64,000 bases of DNA from a virus (taxonomy: Duplodnaviria > Caudoviricetes), in the IMG/VR virus record IMGVR_UViG_3300015607_002835, positions 6,976 to 70,975 of that record. One strand, written 5' to 3'. The notes below the pieces were generated by a model. The model saw nothing but the letters and a program-made list of their open reading frames with translations. It searched no databases and was not told the DNA's origin. The position numbers were made by a program, and so were the translations under genes. Below, piece after piece: positions 10,534 to 21,416 of the stretch. How positions within the stretch are numbered: the stretch's first letter is position 1; every line of letters starts with the position of its first letter.

Positions 10534-10886
10534 TTTGCGGCCTTTACGTATTCGGCGCCATTAACATTTACCACCGGGGCCTTTTCATCCTTCTTGACGT
10601 ACTCAACACCATCAATCAGGATCGTGTGGTAGTAAGTGGTAGTCTTTCCGGAAGATTGACTCCATTCGACGGATGTCTCAGTCTTTTTCCCTTGACCAGA
10701 GCATCGAACTACGTATAGTTTTGGTCCGTTTGACGAATCGATGGCATGAACCTTGCAATCGCTTAGTTCTGGCGGCATGATGTAAGTAACTTCCTTCGGC
10801 TGTTGCGGCTCGCAGGCAGTCAGAAGGATAGCAGAAAGAAGAAGGATAGCGTGGTGTTTCATTTTAATTTCCACAAATAGAGGCAA
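10530..10886 (-). CDS. Putative lipoprotein
   Basis: Signal peptide with lipobox LTAC. Confidence 0.6.
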   Translation of the reverse strand: MPLFVEIKMKHHAILLLSAILLTACEPQQPKEVTYIMPPELSDCKVHAIDSSNGPKLYVVRCSGQGKKTETSVEWSQSSGKTTTYYHTILIDGVEYVKKDEKAPVVNVNGAEYVKAAK

Positions 10887-11295
10887 CTTTACAAGCGATC
10901 ATTCGAGAGGTAGAACAATCATCTTCACCAAAGCATGGAGGTTTTGGGAGATTTCTACGGCACTCGCTCAGAAAATTCTCAATAGGAATACCAAAGCGAG
11001 GGTCTTCCTTGAAAATCGGCCCCCATACTTCAGCAAACTTTTCAAAGATCGCGATTTCTTCTGGGGTACGATCAATTGTTGTTGGTTTGAACATTTTCTT
11101 CCATCTCTGGGAGGAGGGCGAACCCTCCTTGACCCATTGAATTTCCATGACGGAACCCACCAACTACGTCATAATGACCAGGCGGAAGACCTTCCTTCAT
11201 GCAAGTGTAGCTGATATTTCCCTCAAAGGAATCGTCATCCTTAACAAGCTGTGCCAATTCCTCTAGGAGTTCAACAAGACCGCGTTTGTCAAGAA

Positions 11296-12606
11296 TCAAA
11301 ACTTTAGCTCCTTCAATTCCTTAATGTACATCTTCTGGGCGGTGGTAGTTCTGTAGTACTCGAGAGTTTTCTCAAGTTCAACAATGTCAGCTTCAAGCTT
11401 TTCGATCTGGTCCTTGGTCAAGTTATAGACTCGAATAGACATGAGTTCATCAATGTGGACGAACTTTTCCTTCTTCAGGCGTTCTTCAATTTCTGCCTTC
11501 TTGCTGGTGGAGAACCATTTTGCGTTGGCAATGTAGAACTTTATGAAGCGAATCTTTTCGTTCGCCAGGTCAAGGTCTGCCTGATATTGATCAATCAGTT
11601 TGAGACGGCGGATTTCATACTTTCCAGTGCGGAACTGAACGAACCAAGTCAGAAGTTCATCGACAGACTCGAACTTCTTGAGACGACCATTGTCAAGCCA
11701 GACAGTAACGTTTTCCGTTTCACGGGCTACCAACTTGAAAATCTTCAATAGTTCTTCTTGGCTATTGGAAGTCGTTTCACGAGGGCACTTGATCGTGAAC
11801 AGGGTAAAGGATTCCTTTGAATCGTCAGAGTAGTCCTTGATGATACCCTTTTCTTCAAGAGAGTTGAGCACTTCACGATAGGCCTTGGTGTAGGAACCAA
11901 TCGGCAACTCAGTAATCTTGATGGTGGTAGTGTTAACAACTTCAAGCTTACCAGTGAAGACCGCTTGGTCTCCTTCCTTGGTGATGGTGCCAGTAAAGCC
12001 ATTGTACCAAGGAATCAACTTCGTGCGCTTCGCCTTCGGATCAAGGGCAGCCAGACATTCCTTACGAATGTCTTCTGGATTGTAGTTCAGAATCGTGCAA
12101 GCAAAGCCGGTTCCCATACCCTTTGCACCATTGATTAGTACATTAGGAATGATCGGAAGGTAGTAATCAGGCTCAATCTGCGAACCATCGTCTTCAAGAT
12201 AGTTGAGGATCATTTCATCCTCTCGCTTGAAGATTTTCCTGAAGTTGTCATTCAGCCTTGTGAAAATGTAACGAGGAGCGGAAGCGTCAGGACCGATACG
12301 AGAACCAAACTGACCAATTGGGTCGATGTAAGGCATGTTGTTGGCGCCAGGAAAATCCTGAGCCATGTTGACCATTACGCCAGACAGGTCGCCGTGGTGG
12401 TAGCACGAAATTTCCATGATACCAGCAGAAGCGATGGAGACCTTCACTTCTTGGTTGTTGAACTTCTTGATCATCCCATAGATGACCTTACGCTGAGACG
12501 GCTTGAAACCATCTACTCCAGACGGGAGGCTTCGCTCACAGTCATAAATGGAGAATTCACGTACTTCGTCACGAAAGACGTCAGTAACTCGTTTTTGATT
12601 TGCCAT
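11296..12606 (-). CDS. Type II DNA topoisomerase, GyrA/ParC-like subunit (T4 gp52-like)
   Basis: DGFKPSQRK, YHHGD, GQFGSR, catalytic PRY, G.GTGFA. Confidence 0.95.
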   Translation of the reverse strand: MANQKRVTDVFRDEVREFSIYDCERSLPSGVDGFKPSQRKVIYGMIKKFNNQEVKVSIASAGIMEISCYHHGDLSGVMVNMAQDFPGANNMPYIDPIGQFGSRIGPDASAPRYIFTRLNDNFRKIFKREDEMILNYLEDDGSQIEPDYYLPIIPNVLINGAKGMGTGFACTILNYNPEDIRKECLAALDPKAKRTKLIPWYNGFTGTITKEGDQAVFTGKLEVVNTTTIKITELPIGSYTKAYREVLNSLEEKGIIKDYSDDSKESFTLFTIKCPRETTSNSQEELLKIFKLVARETENVTVWLDNGRLKKFESVDELLTWFVQFRTGKYEIRRLKLIDQYQADLDLANEKIRFIKFYIANAKWFSTSKKAEIEERLKKEKFVHIDELMSIRVYNLTKDQIEKLEADIVELEKTLEYYRTTTAQKMYIKELKELKF

Positions 12607-14513
12607 TATTTATCCTCCAATTGCAGCCATTCTTTACGCTTGTCAGCTGCACCATTTTCTTTTCCAAAGACCAGGTCAATTATATCATAGTCTGAGGAAT
12701 CTTGAACTTGAATTTGCACAAGGTGCTTATCCATATTGTTGAAGTAGCCTTCAAAGTCCTTAGCGGTAGAAGAACCAAGACCTTTCAAATAGCGTACATT
12801 GTAACGCTTGTCTTTGTTCTCGTCAGCCCACTTGGAGAATTCGTTCAAGGAGTAGAAAAGTTTTTCGGTCTTTCCAATCTGGACCTTCATGATCGGAGTA
12901 ACGAATTTATGGAAGACGCCCATTTCGAGGAGTTCTGGCCAGAACTTCTTGATCAAGGCTGAAAGCAGTCCGAAGATATGCTGACCGTCAGCATCCGCGT
13001 CAGTACACGAGACGATTTTACCGAATCGGAGTTCTGATAGGTCTTTCACCTTCTTGCCGATCTTCAAACCGGTGATCGCGAGGAGGTCAACGAATTCCTT
13101 GTTCTCCATCAGCTTCTTGACGTCGGTACCCATCGCATTGATTGGCTTACCCTTGAGAGGATAACAACCAATTAGAGGTGTACGAGCAGAAAGGATGGCG
13201 TTCGAAGCGGAATCACCCTCACAGATGAACAACATACATTCATCACGCTTTTCTTTCTCGGTTGCGTCAGTAAACTTGGTGATCTTGCGAAGATTCGCCT
13301 TATTGAGGTCCTTGTTGAGCTCACGTTCTTTTGCGCGATTGGCAGCATCTTCCTTAGCTTGAACCCAATCGAGAACCGACTGAATGACTGGAGATTTGAC
13401 CAGTTTGGCGATCATCTTGTCAGTCACAGTAAAGGTAGTACCAAAGTCCTTCTTCTCGGTGATCAGGTCTTCCTTAGTCTGAGAAGAGTAACGTGGCTTG
13501 ACAATAGTAGCATCAATGAAGAGCAACAAATGTTGACGAATGTCAGCAGGCTTGACTTCAACCTTGTGCTTCTTCTTGAAATGCTCACGAAGACGATCGG
13601 TGATTTGGTCAGAAACGTAGCTGATATGGTTACCACCGATCAGAGTTTCAGTGCCGTTGACGAAAGAGACGTGACGGAAGCCATCATCAGAATGTGCTAC
13701 ACCAACCTTCCACTTGTCAGAATCTTCAAAGACGAATTCTTCGGTATAGAACTTGATGTAGTCCTCAAAGGACTTGATCTTGATCTGTTCGCCGTTCAGA
13801 TAGACCTTCAGCTTTGGATTACAGCCAGCGACGTCATAGACTCGCTTGACCAAACGCTGATAGTTACCTTCATCTAGACCTTGAAGACCGAACTTCTCAT
13901 AGTCAGGAGTGAAGGTGATCTTAGTGTAATGCTTGGTAGAGTCAGAGATTTTTGGCTCTGTCTTCTTGCGAGAGTTTTCCAGATGTGTCTGAACAAACTT
14001 CTTCTTGCCATCGCACGTCTCAACGTTGAAGGACTTTGAGAAGATGGAGGTCAATGCGGCGCCTTCGCCATTCTGACCGGTCAGGACAGAATCATCATCG
14101 TCATCAAAGTTGGAGCCTGAACGAAGTTCGAAGATCATCTCAGGTACATATTGATCGTACTCAGAATGCTTCTTAACCACGATACCGCCATCATCATAGA
14201 CAGACAGTTCACCGGTTTCTTTGTTGATTTCAGCTTTGACGGTAGTTACATGCTTGCCTTCTACGGTCTTCGAAAAGTCGACCGAGTTAGAGATGATTTC
14301 GTCAAAGATCTTGAGGAGAGCTGGACACCAAGTGATTTCGTTTTGAACCATTGCAACTTCTGAACTAAGAGAAGTTCCATTGGTTTTAACTACCCAAGTA
14401 GTTGCAGTATGCGGATTAATTGAGCCGATGTAACGACCAGGTCTGAGAAGAACGTGAGAGATTTCATCTAATTTTTTAAACCGAGCTTCAACAGTTTTTG
14501 TTTTTTGCGTCAT
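12606..14513 (-). CDS. Type II DNA topoisomerase, GyrB/ParE-like ATPase-TOPRIM subunit (gp39+60-like)
   Basis: HVLLRPGRYIGS, EIISNS.D, GQNGEGA, EGDSA, PLKGK, DAD.DG.HI, YLKGLGS. Confidence 0.95.
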   Translation of the reverse strand: MTQKTKTVEARFKKLDEISHVLLRPGRYIGSINPHTATTWVVKTNGTSLSSEVAMVQNEITWCPALLKIFDEIISNSVDFSKTVEGKHVTTVKAEINKETGELSVYDDGGIVVKKHSEYDQYVPEMIFELRSGSNFDDDDDSVLTGQNGEGAALTSIFSKSFNVETCDGKKKFVQTHLENSRKKTEPKISDSTKHYTKITFTPDYEKFGLQGLDEGNYQRLVKRVYDVAGCNPKLKVYLNGEQIKIKSFEDYIKFYTEEFVFEDSDKWKVGVAHSDDGFRHVSFVNGTETLIGGNHISYVSDQITDRLREHFKKKHKVEVKPADIRQHLLLFIDATIVKPRYSSQTKEDLITEKKDFGTTFTVTDKMIAKLVKSPVIQSVLDWVQAKEDAANRAKERELNKDLNKANLRKITKFTDATEKEKRDECMLFICEGDSASNAILSARTPLIGCYPLKGKPINAMGTDVKKLMENKEFVDLLAITGLKIGKKVKDLSELRFGKIVSCTDADADGQHIFGLLSALIKKFWPELLEMGVFHKFVTPIMKVQIGKTEKLFYSLNEFSKWADENKDKRYNVRYLKGLGSSTAKDFEGYFNNMDKHLVQIQVQDSSDYDIIDLVFGKENGAADKRKEWLQLEDK

Positions 14514-14574
14514 TGCTTTCCTTTGTGAATAAATAACTTCATCAAGCTTACCAAATATTTATTCGGAGGTTTTT

Positions 14575-15369
14575 ATGTTTTTACAAAACAAATACACCAA
14601 ATGGTACTATGAAATTATAAAACAAGCCAGTGAAGATGTAAACAGAAGTTCTTCTTATATATCCTTAGAAAAGCATCACATCTTACCAAGAAGTTTAGGA
14701 GGCGAAGATTCCGTATTTAACCTCGTTTCGCTTACACCAAGGGAACACTTCATTTGTCATCTATTACTAACTAAAATGTTGACTGGTGAAGCAAAATCAA
14801 AAATGGTTTATGCGCTTATGCTAATGAAGTCTAAATCAAGGTGGTTAGATAGAGAAAATACAACTAAATATTCGTTCAAGTTTAAAAATCTTTATCAACA
14901 AATTGAATTTACAGAAGAGCATCGGAAGAATTTATCTATTGCTCAGATAGGAAAGAAGCGAGGTCCTATGTCAGAAGAACATAAAAGAAAAATTTCTGAA
15001 GGTAACAAAGGTAAGAACGTAGGAAAAATTCGTTCAGAAGAAACTAGACAAAAATTATCAGTGGCGCACACCGGTAAAATTCTTGGTGAATACTCTGAAG
15101 AGCATCGAGCTAATATTAGTAAAGCACTAAAAGGAAAGGAAAAAACAGAATCTCATAGAGCTAATATTAGTAAAGCCACTACTGGAAAAAATAGAAGCAC
15201 TCATTCAGATGAAACTAAAAGAAAAATGAGCGAATCTCATAAAGGTAAACCTAAAGATTTTTCTAAAATTTCAGACACTGATAGAAAAAGAAGAAGTGAC
15301 CAAATGAAGGCACTCAGGGCCCGACAAAAAGCGGAAAAGCTAGCTAAGTTAGCGATCGGGCACAATTAA
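14575..15369 (+). mobile_element. Free-standing HNH homing endonuclease with NUMOD3 repeats
   Basis: EKHHILPRSLGG..NLV.LT.REHF.CH; repeated SEE(H/T)(K/R).K(I/L)S..KGK; AT-rich and antisense to neighbours. Confidence 0.85.
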
Positions 15370-15784
15370 AACCTAGAGTTTCCATTACGCGCACTCCGAT
15401 TCGAATTTATCGTCAATAACCCATTCTCCAATCGAAGCTGAGTAGCGAGCTCCACAATACCGCTTAAAGTAATCTAGAGATTCGCAAGGTAGGATCACGT
15501 TCCGCATGAATTCATCTAATCCATGAGAAACGACAATCCTACCTTTCTCATCTAAACAAGTGATGAGGACAATCATTCAATCATGTCCTGCATCAAGCGC
15601 AGAAAAGAAATCGCTTCACCGACGTATTGACGTTCAGTAGCGTACTGAGTATTGATGTTGCCCAGCTTTGCAATCAAGTCAGGAATTCGTTCTTTGACAT
15701 TGTTCATCACATGTCTCGGGAGACGACGTTCAACTTTTGGTTCGAGAACAGGAGGCATTGGTGGGAATTTTTCAGTTTTTATCA

Positions 15785-16690
15785 TTAGAAGTCTTCAAAC
15801 TTGTTTGCAGGTTCAATAAAGATAGTTGTGAATTGCGGGAATTTTTCAGAGATACTTTTTTCGATCGCGTCAATATCTTCAATGATCTTCTTCGCATCTT
15901 CTTTTTCGACCATTCGGACCCGCATAAGGAGAACCGCTTCACTACCCATTTGCAAGGTTGTACAATCGTAAGTGTGTTCGATTTGGTCGCACTTATGAAA
16001 GATATGTTCACGTAAAGCTCGACGAACTACCGGGTCTACTGATTGACCAATCATCAAAGCCTTGATTTCAAGGAACAAAAACGCGGCAACAGCAACAAGA
16101 AGAATACCAACAAATAACGAACCAATCGCATCAAAGATTGGGTTTCCTGTAGCCCACGCAATCGTCAAAAATACTAAAGCAGTTGCAAGACCAACCAATG
16201 CTGCTAAGTCTTCAGCAAAGATCACCAGAAGTTCTGGACTTCTAGTCTCTTTAAAGAACCATTGAAAGGATTTTCCAGGGTGAAGGGCCTTGATTTCTTT
16301 TAAGCAAATCAAGAAGGATCGGCCTTCCATGATGACACCAAAAAGAAGGATACCAATGGCCCATTCAACGTTCTTCAACGGCTCAGGAGCCAGAACTTTG
16401 TGGATACCTTCGTAAACCGAATAAACCCCGCCCAATGAGAACAGAACTAAGGCAACGATAAATGACCAAAAATAGACGTTCATCCCATAACCAAGAGGGT
16501 GGTTGACGTCTGCTTCTTTTGCTGAGGATTTTACGCCCCACATTAGCAAAAGTTGGTTACCACAATCAGATGCTGAGTGAATTGCTTCAGCCATCATAGA
16601 AGCGGAACCGGTAGTTACCGCACCAAAGGTTTTTGCGGCTGCAATGGAAGCGTTTGCCAACATTGCAGCCTTAATACTGTCACTGCTCAT
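15785..16690 (-). CDS. Cation diffusion facilitator (CDF) family transporter
   Basis: SASMMAEAIHSASD, HPLGYG...YFW, EDLAA, C-terminal IEP; about 6 transmembrane segments. Confidence 0.9.
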   Translation of the reverse strand: MSSDSIKAAMLANASIAAAKTFGAVTTGSASMMAEAIHSASDCGNQLLLMWGVKSSAKEADVNHPLGYGMNVYFWSFIVALVLFSLGGVYSVYEGIHKVLAPEPLKNVEWAIGILLFGVIMEGRSFLICLKEIKALHPGKSFQWFFKETRSPELLVIFAEDLAALVGLATALVFLTIAWATGNPIFDAIGSLFVGILLVAVAAFLFLEIKALMIGQSVDPVVRRALREHIFHKCDQIEHTYDCTTLQMGSEAVLLMRVRMVEKEDAKKIIEDIDAIEKSISEKFPQFTTIFIEPANKFEDF

Positions 16691-17031
16691 ATGGGTTTGA
16701 TTTTACCTTTATAGAAATTAAGAGCACTTAGGCTCCAAAATGATTGACAAATATTCGATTGCGTCAATCTTCTTTTCGAAGAACAGAAAAAGCTTTTTCT
16801 GTCCCTTGAATTCTTGCACTGAGATACCCAGAGTTCTGAACCCAGGCTCTCGTTTCCAGACCGAGTAGCCCCAAACAAAATGGCCGCTAATGTGCGGGCT
16901 AGTCTTGATCTTGAGGCAATGAACAGATGGATGTGAATCGTATCCGTGCACACACCACAAAATCTTGTCCAAATTCTGAGGATCGTTTGGGTCTACTGCT
17001 AGACTTTCAAGTTCTCTTTTAGTTCTTGACA

Positions 17032-17775
17032 TTATATACCTTCTGGGAAATTTTGTACAACGTTACCATAGAAGATGTTGGTTCCACCATCTAGGCCGCC
17101 AGTTTGCTTGAAGAAGAATGGAATGCCTTTAAGCTTACATTGAATGTAAATCTTGTATGCCCAGTCCATTTCCATTGGTCTAAAGTTTTCTCCAGATTCT
17201 CCACCAACTATCACCCAATGGATACCATCAAGATTGAGTTCGCCTAAATCTTCTAGCAGGGGCTCAATAGAAAGAAATCGAACTTTTGCTGGGATCTTAC
17301 GAAGATGCTCAATCCTTGGGAGACCGTGTTTCTTGTTGCCGACTGAAACACCAATTGCGACATTCTCGTATCCATCTCCCCAATCTGGTGGTAGGTATTT
17401 CAGAATGTTTGGTGAGCGTTTTGTCAACATCAACCAGGATAGGTTTGGCGTTTCTTTGATGAGAGTCCATAGGCGCTCACGTTGTCCTTCAGGTGCGTTC
17501 TTGTCGGCCCAATCCATCATTGACCCACAGAAAACTCGACGCTTGCGGTAATGCTTCATGTAGAATTCTTCGTGGTCGCGATTCCAAATACGCGGATTTC
17601 GCCAGTTTCCAGAAGACATTTTACGAGGAAGAGAACGAATACCCCAATGATTCCCGCCGGTCGATAGGTCGAGAGTTTCCGCATAACAATGTTCGCATTC
17701 AGGACCAACCTTTACGCAACCCCACCACGCATTGAAGGTGCTATCAGTCCAGGCAATTCCAGTTTCTTCAGCCAT
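17032..17775 (-). CDS. DUF5131 / phage Gp37-Gp68 radical-SAM-like protein
   Basis: I.WTD.T.N.W.GC.K..P.C.HCYA, LTKR, SIEPLL, WVIVGGESG. Confidence 0.85.
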   Translation of the reverse strand: MAEETGIAWTDSTFNAWWGCVKVGPECEHCYAETLDLSTGGNHWGIRSLPRKMSSGNWRNPRIWNRDHEEFYMKHYRKRRVFCGSMMDWADKNAPEGQRERLWTLIKETPNLSWLMLTKRSPNILKYLPPDWGDGYENVAIGVSVGNKKHGLPRIEHLRKIPAKVRFLSIEPLLEDLGELNLDGIHWVIVGGESGENFRPMEMDWAYKIYIQCKLKGIPFFFKQTGGLDGGTNIFYGNVVQNFPEGI

Positions 17776-18794
17776 TTCATTTCACCTTTTCAAAACCGAT
17801 ACACTCACCGGTTAGATTTAGGAACGTAAGACCTTTGTTGTTCTTTTTACAGACTTGATAGGTCCAAAATTTGGACTGATCAGGAACTTTTGGGAGGTCC
17901 GCGGGATTTCCTTCAAACCGACCAGACCAGTCCCTAAAAATATAACCGTCACAATAGTGTCTAACGTTATGTTTGCAGTCTTCGCAAAACACCTTTTCTT
18001 TTTCAGCCATTCTTTCCACCGTTCATCATGTCAATCTTGTTTGCTAGCGCGCGAAGTGAATCTGAATCCATCGGCTTTCGGGATTTACCAACAATGAACT
18101 GGTGAATTCCATCCTGTTTTCTGATGGTTCCTACATGCTCATTGTTGATAAACACACCGAGAACATCCGGCAGCATGGTGATGAAACCCATTTCACGCAT
18201 TTTCTTCTCCAACCGGAAACAGCATATGTGGACGGACGTTTACAGTCTTCGCGTCCTCATGGGAATCACGATCGATCGGCTTTCCATAGAGGAAGTGATT
18301 AACCCTTTTGATGTTGAGGGTAACCATTCCCGTTTTGGTCATCTTATCGGCCCTTCCAACGGCAGTCTTTGACCAACCGCTAGAAGTAGTTGAATAGCCA
18401 TACAAAGTCCCCAATTGAATTGGATTACGCAATGCGTCGAGTGGTTCAAATGGTTCAGACATCGAGATTTTTCCTTACCAGATTAATGTACTCGTGGATG
18501 TCACAATTACGAACAATGCGATGCAGTTCTGGATCGAACATCCCATAACGATCCTTGATCGGACGAAAATCACGCAGATCATCCACCTTGAAAATCATGG
18601 AGGCGAATTGAGTGGTAATACGATCAGGCTCTTCATCAACCAACCGGAACACCCGGAATGAATGTGCCATAGTAAAGATGACCATCCATCCACCAAGAGT
18701 TGCGACTTCAGTTTTCTGCTTCGGCCAGATACAATCGCCCTTCCCGCAAAAGGGCGATTTGATTTGAGGATTACATTTACACATGACGTTCCTA

Positions 18795-19916
18795 TTAGTT
18801 GGTGCGAATGATGTATTCGGCCAGCGCTTTCCAGTTGTCAGCACCACCATTCCGAATCTTAGCAACCGAGATCAGGGACCGAAGGGTAAGGTCGCGAACA
18901 ACGAAGCGCTTTTCCTTGAGGAATTCCAAAGCATCACGCTTATGTTCGATCGGCAGGTTGGCCATGAATTCTCCACCCTCGACGATCTTGGCCATACGCT
19001 CAATCTTTTGATCAACCGTCATCGACAGATCAACACACATTGAACGGGAGCGAATAGCCTGATCAACGTGGTGGTAAGACAAGTTGCTGATGAAGATGAT
19101 CTGGCCTTCGAACTTGAAAGTCCGCGGCAGGTCAGAGAAGGGGTTTTCAGAATACCAAGAAACCCAGCGGTCATCGTAGCTATCGGCGGCAGCCTTGATC
19201 AAGTTGACAGCATTAGCATCCTTTTGAATGGAGTCGCAGTCATCGAAGATACAGATCTTGTCGCGATTTTCGTAGAGGATGCGATACAAAGCCTTAGCAG
19301 TCGAGTAACCCTTGATGAAGATGAAATCGCCCTTATTGCGGAGATTTGGCATCTTCGGCTCTTCAGGCATCTTCGGCTCGCCGAGACCAGTACGATTCGG
19401 CTTCGACGTGATCTTGATATACTGCTTCATTGCTTCTTCGTAAGCAGCGACGGCAGTCTCATACTCAGACTTTACCTTTTGCAGATCGTCTGCGTGGTTT
19501 GCGACATCATCCAAACCCATTTCAGTGATGACCTTCTTAACAGTGAAGGTCTTACCAAGACCGCCTTCACCAGTAATCAGAAGAGAAGGAATGTTTTTCT
19601 GGACGATCATGCGAACCAGAGATTCCAGGAATTCGAAACGGGTGTTGATGTCGAATTCGATAGCATCTTCTTCAAGGCGCTCATCAGTGATGATGCCTTC
19701 AGTCGTCATGTGAGATTCTTCTTCGACGTCGTAAACGCCGAGTTCCAATGCTCGTGCACAGTCTTTGTTGCGAATCTTTTCGACGACATATTCCTTCGAG
19801 AAGGACTTTGCCAGAAGACGACCATTGTAACGAGCGACGTACTTACCTTCTTCAAAGGTGAGCTTTGCGATGCGGCGTTCGGTGGTTTTGGTCTCAGTCA
19901 TCATTTTCCCTTTCAT
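18795..19916 (-). CDS. AAA+ ATPase
   Basis: Walker A GEGGLGKT, Walker B IFDDCD, AIRSR. Confidence 0.8.
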   Translation of the reverse strand: MKGKMMTETKTTERRIAKLTFEEGKYVARYNGRLLAKSFSKEYVVEKIRNKDCARALELGVYDVEEESHMTTEGIITDERLEEDAIEFDINTRFEFLESLVRMIVQKNIPSLLITGEGGLGKTFTVKKVITEMGLDDVANHADDLQKVKSEYETAVAAYEEAMKQYIKITSKPNRTGLGEPKMPEEPKMPNLRNKGDFIFIKGYSTAKALYRILYENRDKICIFDDCDSIQKDANAVNLIKAAADSYDDRWVSWYSENPFSDLPRTFKFEGQIIFISNLSYHHVDQAIRSRSMCVDLSMTVDQKIERMAKIVEGGEFMANLPIEHKRDALEFLKEKRFVVRDLTLRSLISVAKIRNGGADNWKALAEYIIRTN

Positions 19917-19949
19917 CGTAATTTCGATTTGTGCTGCAGTATGAGATGA

Positions 19950-19978
19950 ATTATATCACGACGGCCAGAAAAGTAAAC
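19950..19978 (-). promoter_or_regulatory. Sigma70-like early promoter (TTTACT ... TATAAT)
   Basis: Reverse complements of attata (19950-55) and agtaaa (19972-77). The same consensus recurs upstream of many minus-strand genes (e.g. about 22947, 23535, 42246, 48661, 53258, 62580). Confidence 0.75.
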
Positions 19979-19997
19979 TCAAAATTTGAATTTCACA

Positions 19998-20026
19998 AAA
20001 AGAAAAAGGGAGCCGAAGCTCCCTTT
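19998..20026 (-). terminator. Intrinsic terminator GGGAGC-TTCG-GCTCCC plus U tract
   Basis: UUCG hairpin; same hairpin at 21376-21400 and 38436-38466. Confidence 0.8.
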
Positions 20027-20042
20027 CAAACTCATAGAGCTT

Positions 20043-20651
20043 TTAGCCCAGGATACCACCATAGCCAGTAACGAAAGCGTCAAGGCCGAGGTTGTAGCCG
20101 GCACCGACAGCCTTGAAGGCGTAGGCACCATCTTCACGCTTGTACACGGAACCGAACTGAACTGCGGTTTCAGTCGAGAAGTCTTCGCCCAGATCGTAAC
20201 GAGCGATCAGATCGCCAGTTTCGTCGTTGTACAGAGCGATGTGGGACTTCGGAACTTGGCCGAAGTTTTGACGGCGATCGATAGCGTCGTGGATCGTGAC
20301 GATGAAGGAAATTTCATCGATCTTCTTGTCCAAGGCGGTCAGGTCGATGGTAATGGTTTCGTCACCACCGGAAGCTTCGCCCTTACGGGAATCACCAGAG
20401 TGAACGATAGCGCCGTCGATGGACTTTTCGTTGTTGTAGAACACGATGTAGTCCGGATCAGTCTTGCGACCAGCAAGCTTCGGATTGCCATCGGCATCGA
20501 GAGTCAGACCAAAAGCGGTAACATCGAGGTCGAAATCATGACCAGTGTCAGTAGCATTCGGTGCCCAACCTAGACCGACGCGAAGACGAGTCAGAGACGG
20601 TGCTTCCTTAGCCAGGTTGATACGAGAGCCTTTAGCCAGATTAATTGCCAT
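20043..20651 (-). CDS. terD: TerD-family stress protein
   Basis: MAINL.KG.RINL, GLGW, FDLD, HSGD...G..GDE, QNFGQV, FKAVG.G. Confidence 0.9.
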   Translation of the reverse strand: MAINLAKGSRINLAKEAPSLTRLRVGLGWAPNATDTGHDFDLDVTAFGLTLDADGNPKLAGRKTDPDYIVFYNNEKSIDGAIVHSGDSRKGEASGGDETITIDLTALDKKIDEISFIVTIHDAIDRRQNFGQVPKSHIALYNDETGDLIARYDLGEDFSTETAVQFGSVYKREDGAYAFKAVGAGYNLGLDAFVTGYGGILG

Positions 20652-20740
20652 GTTTCATTTCTCCTTAGTTAGTTCATCAAAAAATTAGGGGTAAAACGTA
20701 AAAAGAATTCTATTTCAAAAACGGAAATTTGTAAACTGTT

Positions 20741-21361
20741 TTATTCAATCCAATTCAAATCGTGTTTGTGGTTGGTGTCATAAACAGCGAATTCAATCTT
20801 TGGAAGTTTTTCAAGCGTTAGATGTTTGGAATACATCGTCTTCAAAATCTGGTCAACAAGAAGGCTGAAATCCTCGTTCACTTTGTCATACGAACGATAA
20901 GTCGCCATTTGGATGTAAGAACCATCAGAACGACGCTTGAAAACATTCTTACTCAAATGTAGATTGAAGGTCTTAGCAATTTCTTTCAGATTATCTACGT
21001 CTTCTGGATAATTAATCACTACACCAAAATGAGTTTCGAAATGGGAACCTTCAAAATGAGATTGACCGTTATGCTCACTGGGCGCAAGAGGATGCCAAGG
21101 AACGGTTTCAATTTTTGATCGGATAACTTCGAAACCAGCCTTAGTAAGAAGAACGCAAATGCTAACCATTGCAGCTTTTGCTTCTACGACCGTCTTATCA
21201 TAAGTTGAGATTGTTGATGAAGTCATCACTTCACACAGAACATCACCAGATTTCTTTTGCAGATCGAGGATGATAGATTTTACACCTAGTTCCTTGCACA
21301 CATCCTGGAATCTTTCAACTTCATTAGTTCGAACAGTAACGTGAATTTCATAATGCAACAT
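20741..21361 (-). CDS. Hypothetical protein in the Ter cluster
   Basis: 206 aa with YEIHVTV and FETHF motifs. Confidence 0.55.
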   Translation of the reverse strand: MLHYEIHVTVRTNEVERFQDVCKELGVKSIILDLQKKSGDVLCEVMTSSTISTYDKTVVEAKAAMVSICVLLTKAGFEVIRSKIETVPWHPLAPSEHNGQSHFEGSHFETHFGVVINYPEDVDNLKEIAKTFNLHLSKNVFKRRSDGSYIQMATYRSYDKVNEDFSLLVDQILKTMYSKHLTLEKLPKIEFAVYDTNHKHDLNWIE

Positions 21362-21375
21362 ATTGATTCCTAATG

Positions 21376-21400
21376 AAAAAGGGAGCCGAAGCTCCCTTTT
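21376..21400 (-). terminator. Intrinsic terminator (UUCG hairpin)
   Basis: aaaaagggagc-cgaa-gctccctttt. Confidence 0.8.
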
Positions 21401-21416
21401 CTTTGTGTCTTAGTTT

